From positions 1 through 64,000 of the forward strand of contig OX337228.1 in assembly GCA_946965045.2 (NCBI GenBank): a stretch of 64,000 bases of DNA, given 5' to 3'. Shown here piece by piece: positions 1 through 10,617 of this stretch (positions are counted from its first letter, which is position 1; every line of letters begins with the position of its first letter). The position numbers were made by a program, and so were the translations under genes. The notes under the pieces were generated by a model. It was not told the origin of the DNA. It worked only from the letters and a program-made list of their open reading frames with translations, and made no database searches. This stretch comes from Epithemia pelagica (taxonomy: Eukaryota; Protista; Bacillariophyta).

Positions 1-510
1 CCCTAACCCTAACCCTAACCCTAACCCTAACCCTAACCCTAACCCTAACCCTAACCCTAACCCTAACCCTAACCCTAACCCTAACCCTAACCCTAACCCT
101 AACCCTAACCCTAACCCTAACCCTAACCCTAACCCTAACCCTAACCCTAACCCTAACCCTAACCCTAACCCTAACCCTAACCCTAACCCTAACCCTAACC
201 CTAACCCTAACCCTAACCCTAACCCTAACCCTAACCCTAACCCTAACCCTAACCCTAACCCTAACCCTAACCCTAACCCTAACCCTAACCCTAACCCTAA
301 CCTAACCCTAACCCTAACCCTAACCCTAACCCTAACCCTAACCCTAACCCTAACCCTAACCCTAACCCTAACCCTAACCCTAACCCTAACCCTAACCCTA
401 ACCCTAACCCTAACCCTAACCCTAACCCTAACCCTAACCCTAACCCTAACCCTAACCCTAACCCTAACCCTAACCCTAACCCTAACCCTAACCCTAACCC
501 TAACCCTAAC
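1..510. repeat. Telomere, (CCCTAA)n / (TTAGGG)n, about 85 units
   Basis: Perfect CCCTAA hexamers from base 1, with one CCTAA variant at 301; abrupt end at 510. Confidence 0.99.
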
Positions 511-572
511 GTTTTCAGGTGAAGATGTTGGGCCAATTGAGGTTTTCAGGTGAAGATGTTGGGCGCGAAGGG
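511..572. repeat. 31-bp tandem duplication (GGGCCAA[A/T]TGAGGTTTTCAGGTGAAGATGTT) upstream of paralogue-2 genes; the telomere is attached inside it
   Basis: Intact form at 2037-2098; the first unit is cut at 510/511 here. Confidence 0.9.
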
Positions 573-869
573 GCACGCAGGCGAGCTTTTTGCGCCAAAG
601 AATGGGGGAACAACTAAGAGTGCGGTAATGGTTGGTAATGAGTGAAATTAAGGACTCATATTGAATATGAGTGCTTAGAAATTAGACTTGAGCGGGGCAT
701 AGACATTCTGTGCTCATCTGCACAAGGGGCAGTGCTCTTTTGCAACAAAAGGCATATATATCAGTGCTCATATGCACAGATACTATAGCCCCTTGTGCTC
801 ATATGCACACGTTCAAATCCTACGGTGTCTAGAACTAAAGACACCCAAAAAAGGCAAATATCCTTAGGG

Positions 870-1042
870 CTGTTCTAGTGGGCTGTTCTGCAGTGGGACA
901 GCAGGCTGTTCTGCAGTGGGACAGGGCACTTCTGCAGTGGGACAGAGGGCGGTTCTGCAGTGGGACAAGTGGGATGGGGGCTGTTCTGCAGTGGGACGCT
1001 AGAGTCTACGTAGGCCCACGGACAGGCACTTTCTCCTTAGGG
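870..1042 (+). repeat. End type M3 fragment: (GGGCTGTTCTGCAGTGGGACA)-like minisatellite, then TCTACGTAG, then CCTTAGGG
   Basis: Near-identical to 21276-21455 downstream of the helicase; also at 6266-6438, 11662-11834 and 17057-17229. Confidence 0.9.
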
Positions 1043-1227
1043 CACAGGTAAATTCCTGGCTCAATCGCAACGGGGGTTATGATAAATTGCAGCTCATCTG
1101 CAAAATGAGCATAACAAATTTGCTCATATGCAACAAAGCACTGTAGGATATACTGCTCATATGCACACGTTCAAATCCTACGGTCTCTAGTACTAAAACA
1201 TGCCAAAAAAAGGAAAAATACTTAGGG
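1043..1227 (+). repeat. End type M1c fragment (TGCTCATATGCA repeats, ends ACTTAGGG)
   Basis: Aligns by eye with the M1b end at 5090-5256 and the M1a end at about 2230-2407; one copy per array unit. Confidence 0.85.
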
Positions 1228-1398
1228 ATGAGGGGCTGTGCAAAGGTGGGATGAGGGGCTGTGCGAAGGTGGGATGAGGGGCTGTGCGAAGGCGGGATGA
1301 GGGCTGTGCGAAGGCGGGATGAAGGGGAATAGTAGGAGGGGAGGGTGGGAAGCCAGGATCTACATAGCTCTACGTAGAGACCTAGTTTATCCTTAGGG
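1228..1398 (+). repeat. End type M2 fragment: 22-23-bp GTGGGATGAGGGGCTGTGCGAAG minisatellite, then TCTACGTAG, then CCTTAGGG
   Basis: Near-identical to 24119-24340 and similar to 23419-23523; one copy per array unit. Confidence 0.9.
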
Positions 1399-1915
1399 TG
1401 ACCGCTCTCTTTGTTTTCAAGATTGGATCCTCTTGGGAATATTTCATACTGACAGCAGTCATAGATACCAGCCTCCCACAAGAAGTGACCTGCAATTGTT
1501 CCCTCTCAGGCCCAATGGCTCCACAGGAGTTAGGTGAGGAGAGATGACGCATAACATTGCTGAGTCTTGTCCAGCCAACAAGACACCTGCAGGAATATTC
1601 AAGAACAGACCTCCCCGTGAAGAAGTTTTTTGCAGTACGAGGGTCTTCTTGCAAAATTTGCTCAAGGGACTGTTTATTTGCAACAAGGAGTCGGTTGTCA
1701 GTTGCTGAGACACAGACTCCATGTTGATTTAGATGCCGCTGCATGGACCAAAGACTTTCACTAAATGATTTCTTGCATATGCCGCATCCCATACCAAAGG
1801 GTGTCACAATTGTAGCATCTAAACATGACAAGCCAATGCCCTGATCGGAACGGATCTTCTTCACAGGCCGTCTCCGGGATGGAGATGGCGTTCCAGGCCC
1901 ATTGTTGGTAGCCAT
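1382..1915 (-). pseudogene. 3'-truncated Zn-finger N-terminal fragment, paralogue 2a
   Basis: MATNNGPGTPSP... with CGICKK..SMQRHLNQH and CRC..RHL; homologous to the N-terminus of the 768-aa ORF; cut at the CCTTAGGG junction 1391-1398. Confidence 0.8.
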
Positions 1916-2074
1916 TGCTGGTTTCTTCGTGTGCATGGAACAGAGGAAGAGACATAACCAGCCGACTCTCAAGCAAAAGCAAGGATGGGCCTCTTTGCAA
2001 GAGTCATAATTCATGAAACAACAATGATCTTTTGTTGGGCCAAATGAGGTTTTCAGGTGAAGATGTTGGGCCAA

Positions 2075-2407
2075 TTGAGGTTTTCAGGTGAAGATGTTGG
2101 GCGCGAAGGGGCACGCAGGCGAGCTTTTTGCGCCAAAGAATGGGGGAACAACTAAGAGTGCGGTAATGGTTGGTAATGAGTGAAATTAAGGACTCATATT
2201 GAATATGAGTGCTTAGAAATTAGACTTGAGCGGGGCATAGACATTCTGTGCTCATCTGCACAAGGGGCAGTGCTCTTTTGCAACAAAAGGCATATATATC
2301 AGTGCTCATATGCACAGATACTATAGCCCCTTGTGCTCATATGCACACGTTCAAATCCTACGGTGTCTAGTACTAAAGACACCCAAAAAAGGCAAATATC
2401 CTTAGGG
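2075..2407 (+). other. 5' flank and end type M1a of the paralogue-2 cassette
   Basis: ACTCATATT-G-AATATGAGT palindrome, four GTGCTC..TGCA motifs, terminal AAATATCCTTAGGG; the same end occurs at 511-869 and in each P2a/P2b cassette. Confidence 0.85.
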
Positions 2408-4605
2408 AAGTCTTCCTTGCGTTGGTAATCAGTTGGGAAACACTTGATTTCTCGAGGGTTGGCGAGAGTCATCTTTTGTTTTCCATCTTCGTTCTTGAAA
2501 ACAGAAAACCTTACGACGTATACATTTTTAATGCCTTCGGCCCAAGAATTGTCTGGCTTTTCAAGATCTGACGGGTGGAAAACAAAAGCCGGGTACAAAA
2601 CTTCAATTGATTCTCGTTCGGCATCGTCGATATCCATGGAAACGTCCGTCTGGTAGAGTTCAATGTTTTGAGAACCGGTTGAGTGCTCAATGGGAGAATA
2701 GCTATGATTCGGGAGAGGTGGGTGACAATCGAGCTTGTTGAGAGGAAAGAGAGGAAGATAAAGAACGTAGAATGCCCAATTATTTCTCACAGGAACAAGG
2801 CAACCAAGAGATTCATGGCGAAGTTCACATAGCACTCGAAAGACCATGTATGCTCGACTCAAGGTCATGCAAAGTTTGTGCTCAATCAAATTTTTACCTT
2901 TGTGGTGAACACTGAACGCTTTTTCACTGTGTGAGTAGTAATACACACAGCCTCCATGCCACCGAACGTCAGAAAACAGGCTACGAGAAATTTCAGTGTA
3001 TCGCATGGACCCCAAACCTGTTCCATGAAATGCCAATTCCAAATAGGAGGCAAGGACATCAATGTCGCAGAGATCATAGTCGTCCTGAAGAACAATATCC
3101 TCTTGGGAGTAATTATTGTGACCCGATGCCAAAGTCATTGTTGTCTTGCCCATAGAACTCCAACACACAAACAGTGGATATCGTCGATTCAGTAGATTCA
3201 CCCAACGATTACCCTTGATCACCTTGCAAAGTGAAGCAACCAACTTGTCAAAGATGATCGGAATGACGTTCGACCATTTCTGAAACTTGAACATAAAACC
3301 ATCAACAAGTATATCGTAGTTGTCTTGAATGGACACTTTCCGTGAAGACGGTGTGAGCGACTCTCTCCACCGCATACGCCGAATCGTACTTGCCAAAAAA
3401 TTGACTGTGATGGAGTTTTGAACATTTTCCACCAGCCGAGAAGCTTTCTCATGGTAGCCCCGTCCCATGAAGTATATCATTGAGCAAATACTGGCCCGAA
3501 GCATGGCCAAAATGGCTGACAGCATTGTCGCAATGTAGGAGGGACTCCAAACAGAAAGTGTCTCTGAACCTTCTTGCCCCCGGACAACTCTCCCCGCGCA
3601 GTAGGTCATGACTGTGGTATGATGCTGAACAGAATCCACTGTTTCTAAACACAGCTTTGCCAGTAAAGAGGGAATATCTCTAGTGAGTGGCAGAAGTTTG
3701 TGGTTGCTTTGACACAGGAACGAGAGCAATTTCTTGAACTCGGGGAGAAGTCTTTTGGGGTACGCAGTGAAGGTGAAAGTAGAAATCGCATTGGGACTTC
3801 TTGCTCCATCAAAGACCAACAGCCTTGATCGGTAATTTGCTGGAACCATCTGGACATGGAGGGCAGCCTGTGCTGTGAGCCAGTTTTCTCCTTGATGGTA
3901 CAACAAATCAAAGAGTGGTTGATTGTCGATGATGTGTTTCAAGTTGATGGAGTCATATAAGAAATGCACTCGTTCCTTGAATGACCTTCCCTTGGGCCTG
4001 GATGGGTAAGGTTCGTCTTGGGCCAAGGGATGGAAAAGGGGTACGAAACACCCCATCATATCGGGGAGTACATGAAGAGTTGCTTGTAGTTGTGTGCTTG
4101 TTTTGAGTGAAGGGGCTTCTTGACAGGAATACTTGATCTGTAATGCCTTGAGGGAAATCATACGGCCACAGGTACTGATTTGTAGCTCCTCTTCTGTAGG
4201 GGAGGGAGCACCGCAGGTACGACCCGAGGACAAATGTCTGTACACATTTTGAAGTTTCAAGCTCCCAACAAGACAATGACATGAATAGCCCTTGACCTTT
4301 TCCCCCGTCATATATTCAGAGACACTTGAAATGTCTTGCATAACACTTTGAAGGAGGGTCATTTGATGTTCTATCAGTGACTGGCTTTCAGAACGTGAGA
4401 CAGACACACCATGGCCATTAAGGTGCCTTTGCATGGACCATAGACTGGTTCCAAACGGTTTCCCACATAGGCGACACCCCATACCAAAGGGGGTCACTAG
4501 CGTGACATCGACAGCCTGTAGTTTGTTCTCTTCCTTTTTTTTCTTCGTTGGTCTCCTCCTTGATGGAGAAGGAGTCCCTGGCCCATTATTAGAGGGGGAA
4601 GCCAT
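2299..4605 (-). CDS. 768-aa chimeric ORF: Zn-finger plus tyrosine-recombinase-like N-terminal part of a TLH-type protein (paralogue 1), fused in frame to a G2 fragment
   Basis: CRLCGKP..SMQRHLNGH and CHC..RHL; LELAFHGTGLGSMRYTEI...VYYYSHSEK. Bases 2408-2767 match the G2 ORF at 18595-18954; the last ~36 codons read through the M1a end. Confidence 0.7.
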   Translation of the reverse strand: MASPSNNGPGTPSPSRRRPTKKKKEENKLQAVDVTLVTPFGMGCRLCGKPFGTSLWSMQRHLNGHGVSVSRSESQSLIEHQMTLLQSVMQDISSVSEYMTGEKVKGYSCHCLVGSLKLQNVYRHLSSGRTCGAPSPTEEELQISTCGRMISLKALQIKYSCQEAPSLKTSTQLQATLHVLPDMMGCFVPLFHPLAQDEPYPSRPKGRSFKERVHFLYDSINLKHIIDNQPLFDLLYHQGENWLTAQAALHVQMVPANYRSRLLVFDGARSPNAISTFTFTAYPKRLLPEFKKLLSFLCQSNHKLLPLTRDIPSLLAKLCLETVDSVQHHTTVMTYCAGRVVRGQEGSETLSVWSPSYIATMLSAILAMLRASICSMIYFMGRGYHEKASRLVENVQNSITVNFLASTIRRMRWRESLTPSSRKVSIQDNYDILVDGFMFKFQKWSNVIPIIFDKLVASLCKVIKGNRWVNLLNRRYPLFVCWSSMGKTTMTLASGHNNYSQEDIVLQDDYDLCDIDVLASYLELAFHGTGLGSMRYTEISRSLFSDVRWHGGCVYYYSHSEKAFSVHHKGKNLIEHKLCMTLSRAYMVFRVLCELRHESLGCLVPVRNNWAFYVLYLPLFPLNKLDCHPPLPNHSYSPIEHSTGSQNIELYQTDVSMDIDDAERESIEVLYPAFVFHPSDLEKPDNSWAEGIKNVYVVRFSVFKNEDGKQKMTLANPREIKCFPTDYQRKEDFPKDICLFWVSLVLDTVGFERVHMSTRGYSICAYEH

Positions 4606-5089
4606 TGTCGATAGAGGTTTTGCTGAGAGTGTTCAAGAGACATCTTTCATCGTTCATCAAAGAAAGGGAGTGATGACCCTTTGCAGAATTGCATTGGGCC
4701 CAATTTACTGAACGAATGATGGGTAGGTACAAAGACCTAGAGGCATAAACTAGAAATGGTCAAAATGGGATTTTGATGAGAACTAGTGATGGGTGGAATG
4801 AGATTTTTCTGTGAAATGCCAGCGTCATTTGGCGGGAAAAAAGATTGTACAAAAAAGTTAGTTGGTCATTTGTGTACAAATATATGTCACTCGTACACAC
4901 ATATTAGCTGGTTTGTTGTAACAAGGAAATTTTGTACAGCAAACCAAAGGAAATTCAATCTTACGTTGATTCTTGTATGTAGAGTAGGGCAAGACAAAAA
5001 CCTAACTGGCAGAGCTCTGAAAAGTATTTGGCCAGTATAGAGCATATTGAATATGACGGCTTTTCGGGAGTGGTCAAAGGGGCATAGAC

Positions 5090-5256
5090 AAGGCCACTGC
5101 TCAATCGCAACAAAAGCATAACAAATTGCAGCTCATCCGCAACAAATCCTTGCTCATATGCAACAGGCACTATAGGATTTTGTGCTCATATGCACACGTT
5201 CAAATTCTACGGTCTCTAGTACTAAAAGCTCCCAAAAAAGTGAAATATCCTTAGGG
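5090..5256 (+). other. End type M1b, upstream of the paralogue-1 gene
   Basis: TGCTCATATGCA repeats, CAAATTCTACGGTCTCTAGTACTAAAA, terminal AAATATCCTTAGGG; last 67 bp identical to 19450-19516. Confidence 0.85.
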
Positions 5257-5773
5257 TGACCGCTCTCTTTGTTTTCAAGATTGGATCCTCTTGGGAATAT
5301 TTCATACTGACAGCAGTCATAGATACCAGCCTCCCACAAGAAGTGACCTGTAATTGTTCCCTCTCAGGCCCAATGGCTCCACAGGAGTTAGGTGAGGAGA
5401 GATGACGCATAACATTGCTGAGTCTTGTCCAACCAACAAGACACCTGCAGGAATATCCAAGAACAGACCTCCCCGTGAAGAAGCTTTTTGCGGTATGAGG
5501 GTTTTCTTGCAAAATTTGCTCAAGGGACTGTTTATTTGCAACAAGGAGTCGGTTGTCAGTTGCTGAGACACAGACTCCATGTTGATTTAGATGCCGCTGC
5601 ATGGACCAAAGACTTTCACCAAATGATTTCTTGCATATGCCACATCCCATACCAAAGGGTGTCACAATTGTAGCATCTAAACATGACAAGCCAATGCCCT
5701 GATCGGAACGGATCTTCTTCACAGGCCGTCTCCGGGATGGAGATGGCGTTCCAGGCCCATTGTTGGTAGCCAT
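5222..5773 (-). pseudogene. 3'-truncated Zn-finger fragment, paralogue 2b
   Basis: A few percent diverged from 2a (e.g. QENPHTAKSF vs QEDPRTAKNF); cut at the same internal site, junction 5249-5256. Confidence 0.8.
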
Positions 5774-6777
5774 TGCTGGTTTCCTCGTGTGCATGGAACA
5801 GAGGAAGAGACATAACCAGCCGACTCTCAAGCAAAAGCAAGGATGGGCCTCTTTGCAAGAGTCATAATTCATGAAACAACAATGATCTTTTGTTGGGCCA
5901 AATGAGGTTTTCAGGTGAAGATGTTGGGCCAATTGAGGTTTTCAGGTGAAGATGTTGGGCGCGAAGGGGCACGCAGGCGAGCTTTTTGCGCCAAAGAATG
6001 GGGGAACAACTAAGAGTGCGGTAATGGTTGGTAATGAGTGAAATTAAGGACTCATATTGAATATGAGTGCTTAGAAATTAGACTTGAGCGGGGCATAGAC
6101 ATTCTGTGCTCATCTGCACAAGGGGCAGTGCTCTTTTGCAACAAAAGGCATATATATCAGTGCTCATATGCACAGATACTATAGCCCCTTGTGCTCATAT
6201 GCACACGTTCAAATCCTACGGTGTCTAGAACTAAAGACACCCAAAAAAGGCAAATATCCTTAGGGCTGTTCTAGTGGGCTGTTCTGCAGTGGGACAGCAG
6301 GCTGTTCTGCAGTGGGACAGGGCACTTCTGCAGTGGGACAGAGGGCGGTTCTGCAGTGGGACAAGTGGGATGGGGGCTGTTCTGCAGTGGGACGCTAGAG
6401 TCTACGTAGGCCCACGGACAGGCACTTTCTCCTTAGGGCACAGGTAAATTCCTGGCTCAATCGCAACGGGGGTTATGATAAATTGCAGCTCATCTGCAAA
6501 ATGAGCATAACAAATTTGCTCATATGCAACAAAGCACTGTAGGATATACTGCTCATATGCACACGTTCAAATCCTACGGTCTCTAGTACTAAAACATGCC
6601 AAAAAAAGGAAAAATACTTAGGGATGAGGGGCTGTGCAAAGGTGGGATGAGGGGCTGTGCGAAGGTGGGATGAGGGGCTGTGCGAAGGCGGGATGAGGGC
6701 TGTGCGAAGGCGGGATGAAGGGGAATAGTAGGAGGGGAGGGTGGGAAGCCAGGATCTACATAGCTCTACGTAGAGAC

Positions 6778-7311
6778 CTAGTTTATCCTTAGGGTGACCG
6801 CTCTCTTTGTTTTCAAGATTGGATCCTCTTGGGAATATTTCATACTGACAGCAGTCATAGATACCAGCCTCCCACAAGAAGTGACCTGCAATTGTTCCCT
6901 CTCAGGCCCAATGGCTCCACAGGAGTTAGGTGAGGAGAGATGACGCATAACATTGCTGAGTCTTGTCCAGCCAACAAGACACCTGCAGGAATATTCAAGA
7001 ACAGACCTCCCCGTGAAGAAGTTTTTTGCGGTACGAGGGTCTTCTTGCAAAATTTGCTCAAGGGACTGTTTATTTGCAACAAGGAGTCGGTTGTCAGTTG
7101 CTGAGACACAGACTCCATGTTGATTTAGATGCCGCTGCATGGACCAAAGACTTTCACTAAATGATTTCTTGCATATGCCGCATCCCATACCAAAGGGTGT
7201 CACAATTGTAGCATCTAAACATGACAAGCCAATGCCCTGATCGGAACGGATCTTCTTCACAGGCCGTCTCCGGGATGGAGATGGCGTTCCAGGCCCATTG
7301 TTGGTAGCCAT
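6778..7311 (-). pseudogene. Paralogue 2a fragment, copy 2
   Basis: Array copy of 1382-1915. Confidence 0.8.
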
Positions 7312-7694
7312 TGCTGGTTTCTTCGTGTGCATGGAACAGAGGAAGAGACATAACCATCCGACTCTCAAGCAAAAGCAAGGATGGGCCTCTTTGCAAGAGT
7401 CATAATTCATGAAACAACAATGATCTTTTGTTGGGCCAAATGAGGTTTTCAGGTGAAGATGTTGGGCCAATTGAGGTTTTCAGGTGAAGATGTTGGGCGC
7501 GAAGGGGCACGCAGGCGAGCTTTTTGCGCCAAAGAATGGGGGAACAACTAAGAGTGCGGTAATGGTTGGTAATGAGTGAAATTAAGGACTCATATTGAAT
7601 ATGAGTGCTTAGAAATTAGACTTGAGCGGGGCATAGACATTCTGTGCTCATCTGCACAAGGGGCAGTGCTCTTTTGCAACAAAAGGCATATATA

Positions 7695-10001
7695 TCAGTG
7701 CTCATATGCACAGATACTATAGCCCCTTGTGCTCATATGCACACGTTCAAATCCTACGGTGTCTAGTACTAAAGACACCCAAAAAAGGCAAATATCCTTA
7801 GGGAAGTCTTCCTTGCGTTGGTAATCAGTTGGGAAACACTTGATTTCTCGAGGGTTGGCGAGAGTCATCTTTTGTTTTCCATCTTCGTTCTTGAAAACAG
7901 AAAACCGTACGACGTATACATTTTTAATGCCTTCGGCCCAAGAATTGTCTGGCTTTTCAAGATCTGACGGGTGGAAAACAAAAGCCGGGTACAAAACTTC
8001 AATTGATTCTCGTTCGGCATCGTCGATATCCATGGAAACGTCCGTCTGGTAGAGTTCAATGTTTTGAGAACCGGTTGAGTGCTCAATGGGAGAATAGCTA
8101 TGATTCGGGAGAGGTGGGTGACAATCGAGCTTGTTGAGAGGAAAGAGAGGAAGATAAAGAACGTAGAATGCCCAATTATTTCTCACAGGAACAAGGCAAC
8201 CAAGAGATTCATGGCGAAGTTCACATAGCACTCGAAAGACCATGTATGCTCGACTCAAGGTCATGCAAAGTTTGTGCTCAATCAAATTTTTACCTTTGTG
8301 GTGAACACTGAACGCTTTTTCACTGTGTGAGTAGTAATACACACAGCCTCCATGCCACCGAACGTCAGAAAACAGGCTACGAGAAATTTCAGTGTATCGC
8401 ATGGACCCCAAACCTGTTCCATGAAATGCCAATTCCAAATAGGAGGCAAGGACATCAATGTCGCAGAGATCATAGTCGTCCTGAAGAACAATATCCTCTT
8501 GGGAGTAATTATTGTGACCCGATGCCAAAGTCATTGTTGTCTTGCCCATAGAACTCCAACACACAAACAGTGGATATCGTCGATTCAGTAGATTCACCCA
8601 ACGATTACCCTTGATCACCTTGCAAAGTGAAGCAACCAACTTGTCAAAGATGATCGGAATGACGTTCGACCATTTCTGAAACTTGAACATAAAACCATCA
8701 ACAAGTATATCGTAGTTGTCTTGAATGGACACTTTCCGTGAAGACGGTGTGAGCGACTCTCTCCACCGCATACGCCGAATCGTACTTGCCAAAAAATTGA
8801 CTGTGATGGAGTTTTGAACATTTTCCACCAGCCGAGAAGCTTTCTCATGGTAGCCCCGTCCCATGAAGTATATCATTGAGCAAATACTGGCCCGAAGCAT
8901 GGCCAAAATGGCTGACAGCATCGTCGCAATGTAGGAGGGACTCCAAACAGAAAGTGTCTCTGAACCTTCTTGCCCCCGGACAACTCTCCCCGCGCAGTAG
9001 GTCATGACTGTGGTATGATGCTGAACAGAATCCACTGTTTCTAAACACAGCTTTGCCAGTAAAGAGGGAATATCTCTAGTGAGTGGCAGAAGTTTGTGGT
9101 TGCTTTGACACAGGAACGAGAGCAATTTCTTGAACTCGGGGAGAAGTCTTTTGGGGTACGCAGTGAAGGTGAAAGTAGAAATCGCATTGGGACTTCTTGC
9201 TCCATCAAAGACCAACAGCCTTGATCGGTAATTTGCTGGAACCATCTGGACATGGAGGGCAGCCTGTGCTGTGAGCCAGTTTTCTCCTTGATGGTACAAC
9301 AAATCAAAGAGTGGTTGATTGTCGATGATGTGTTTCAAGTTGATGGAGTCATATAAGAAATGCACTCGTTCCTTGAATGACCTTCCCTTGGGCCTGGATG
9401 GGTAAGGTTCGTCTTGGGCCAAGGGATGGAAAAGGGGTACGAAACACCCCATCATATCGGGGAGTACATGAAGAGTTGCTTGTAGTTGTGTGCTTGTTTT
9501 GAGTGAAGGGGCTTCTTGACAGGAATACTTGATCTGTAATGCCTTGAGGGAAATCATACGGCCACAGGTACTGATTTGTAGCTCCTCTTCTGTAGGGGAG
9601 GGAGCACCGCAGGTACGACCCGAGGACAAATGTCTGTACACATTTTGAAGTTTCAAGCTCCCAACAAGACAATGACATGAATAGCCCTTGACCTTTTCCC
9701 CCGTCATATATTCAGAGACACTTGAAATGTCTTGCATAACACTTTGAAGGAGGGTCATTTGATGTTCTATCAGTGACTGGCTTTCAGAACGTGAGACAGA
9801 CACACCATGGCCATTAAGGTGCCTTTGCATGGACCATAGACTGGTTCCAAACGGTTTCCCACATAGGCGACACCCCATACCAAAGGGGGTCACTAGCGTG
9901 ACATCGACAGCCTGTAGTTTGTTCTCTTCCTTTTTTTTCTTCGTTGGTCTCCTCCTTGATGGAGAAGGAGTCCCTGGCCCATTATTAGAGGGGGAAGCCA
10001 T
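7695..10001 (-). CDS. 768-aa chimeric ORF, copy 2
   Basis: Translation identical to 2299-4605. Confidence 0.7.
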   Translation of the reverse strand: MASPSNNGPGTPSPSRRRPTKKKKEENKLQAVDVTLVTPFGMGCRLCGKPFGTSLWSMQRHLNGHGVSVSRSESQSLIEHQMTLLQSVMQDISSVSEYMTGEKVKGYSCHCLVGSLKLQNVYRHLSSGRTCGAPSPTEEELQISTCGRMISLKALQIKYSCQEAPSLKTSTQLQATLHVLPDMMGCFVPLFHPLAQDEPYPSRPKGRSFKERVHFLYDSINLKHIIDNQPLFDLLYHQGENWLTAQAALHVQMVPANYRSRLLVFDGARSPNAISTFTFTAYPKRLLPEFKKLLSFLCQSNHKLLPLTRDIPSLLAKLCLETVDSVQHHTTVMTYCAGRVVRGQEGSETLSVWSPSYIATMLSAILAMLRASICSMIYFMGRGYHEKASRLVENVQNSITVNFLASTIRRMRWRESLTPSSRKVSIQDNYDILVDGFMFKFQKWSNVIPIIFDKLVASLCKVIKGNRWVNLLNRRYPLFVCWSSMGKTTMTLASGHNNYSQEDIVLQDDYDLCDIDVLASYLELAFHGTGLGSMRYTEISRSLFSDVRWHGGCVYYYSHSEKAFSVHHKGKNLIEHKLCMTLSRAYMVFRVLCELRHESLGCLVPVRNNWAFYVLYLPLFPLNKLDCHPPLPNHSYSPIEHSTGSQNIELYQTDVSMDIDDAERESIEVLYPAFVFHPSDLEKPDNSWAEGIKNVYVVRFSVFKNEDGKQKMTLANPREIKCFPTDYQRKEDFPKDICLFWVSLVLDTVGFERVHMSTRGYSICAYEH

Positions 10002-10617
10002 TGTCGATAGAGGTTTTGCTGAGAGTGTTCAAGAGACATCTTTCATCGTTCATCAAAGAAAGGGAGTGATGACCCTTTGCAGAATTGCATTGGGCCCAAT
10101 TTACTGAACGAATGATGGGTAGGTACAAAGACCTAGAGGCATAAACTAGAAATGGTCAAAATGGGATTTTGATGAGAACTAGTGATGGGTGGAATGAGAT
10201 TTTTCTGTGAAATGCCAGCGTCATTTGGCGGGAAAAAAGATTGTACAAAAAAGTTAGTTGGTCATTTGTGTACAAATATATGTCACTCGTACACACATAT
10301 TAGCTGGTTTGTTGTAACAAGGAAATTTTGTACAGCAAACCAAAGGAAATTCAATCTTACGTTGATTCTTGTATGTAGAGTAGGGCAAGACAAAAACCTA
10401 ACTGGCAGAGCTCTGAAAAGTATTTGGCCAGTATAGAGCATATTGAATATGACGGCTTTTCGGGAGTGGTCAAAGGGGCATAGACAAGGCCACTGCTCAA
10501 TCGCAACAAAAGCATAACAAATTGCAGCTCATCCGCAACAAATCCTTGCTCATATGCAACAGGCACTATAGGATTTTGTGCTCATATGCACACGTTCAAA
10601 TTCTACGGTCTCTAGTA

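Noticed and set aside
297-536. 79-aa (LG)n ORF
   Set aside because: It is simply the translation of the telomeric repeat.
870-1398. CRISPR-like reading of the short repeats
   Set aside because: They are tandem minisatellites without unique spacers, in a eukaryotic context with no cas genes.
1077-1481. 134-aa ORF recurring in each array unit (and 24097-24315)
   Set aside because: It reads across junctions and through the minisatellite; an artefact of the rearranged sequence.
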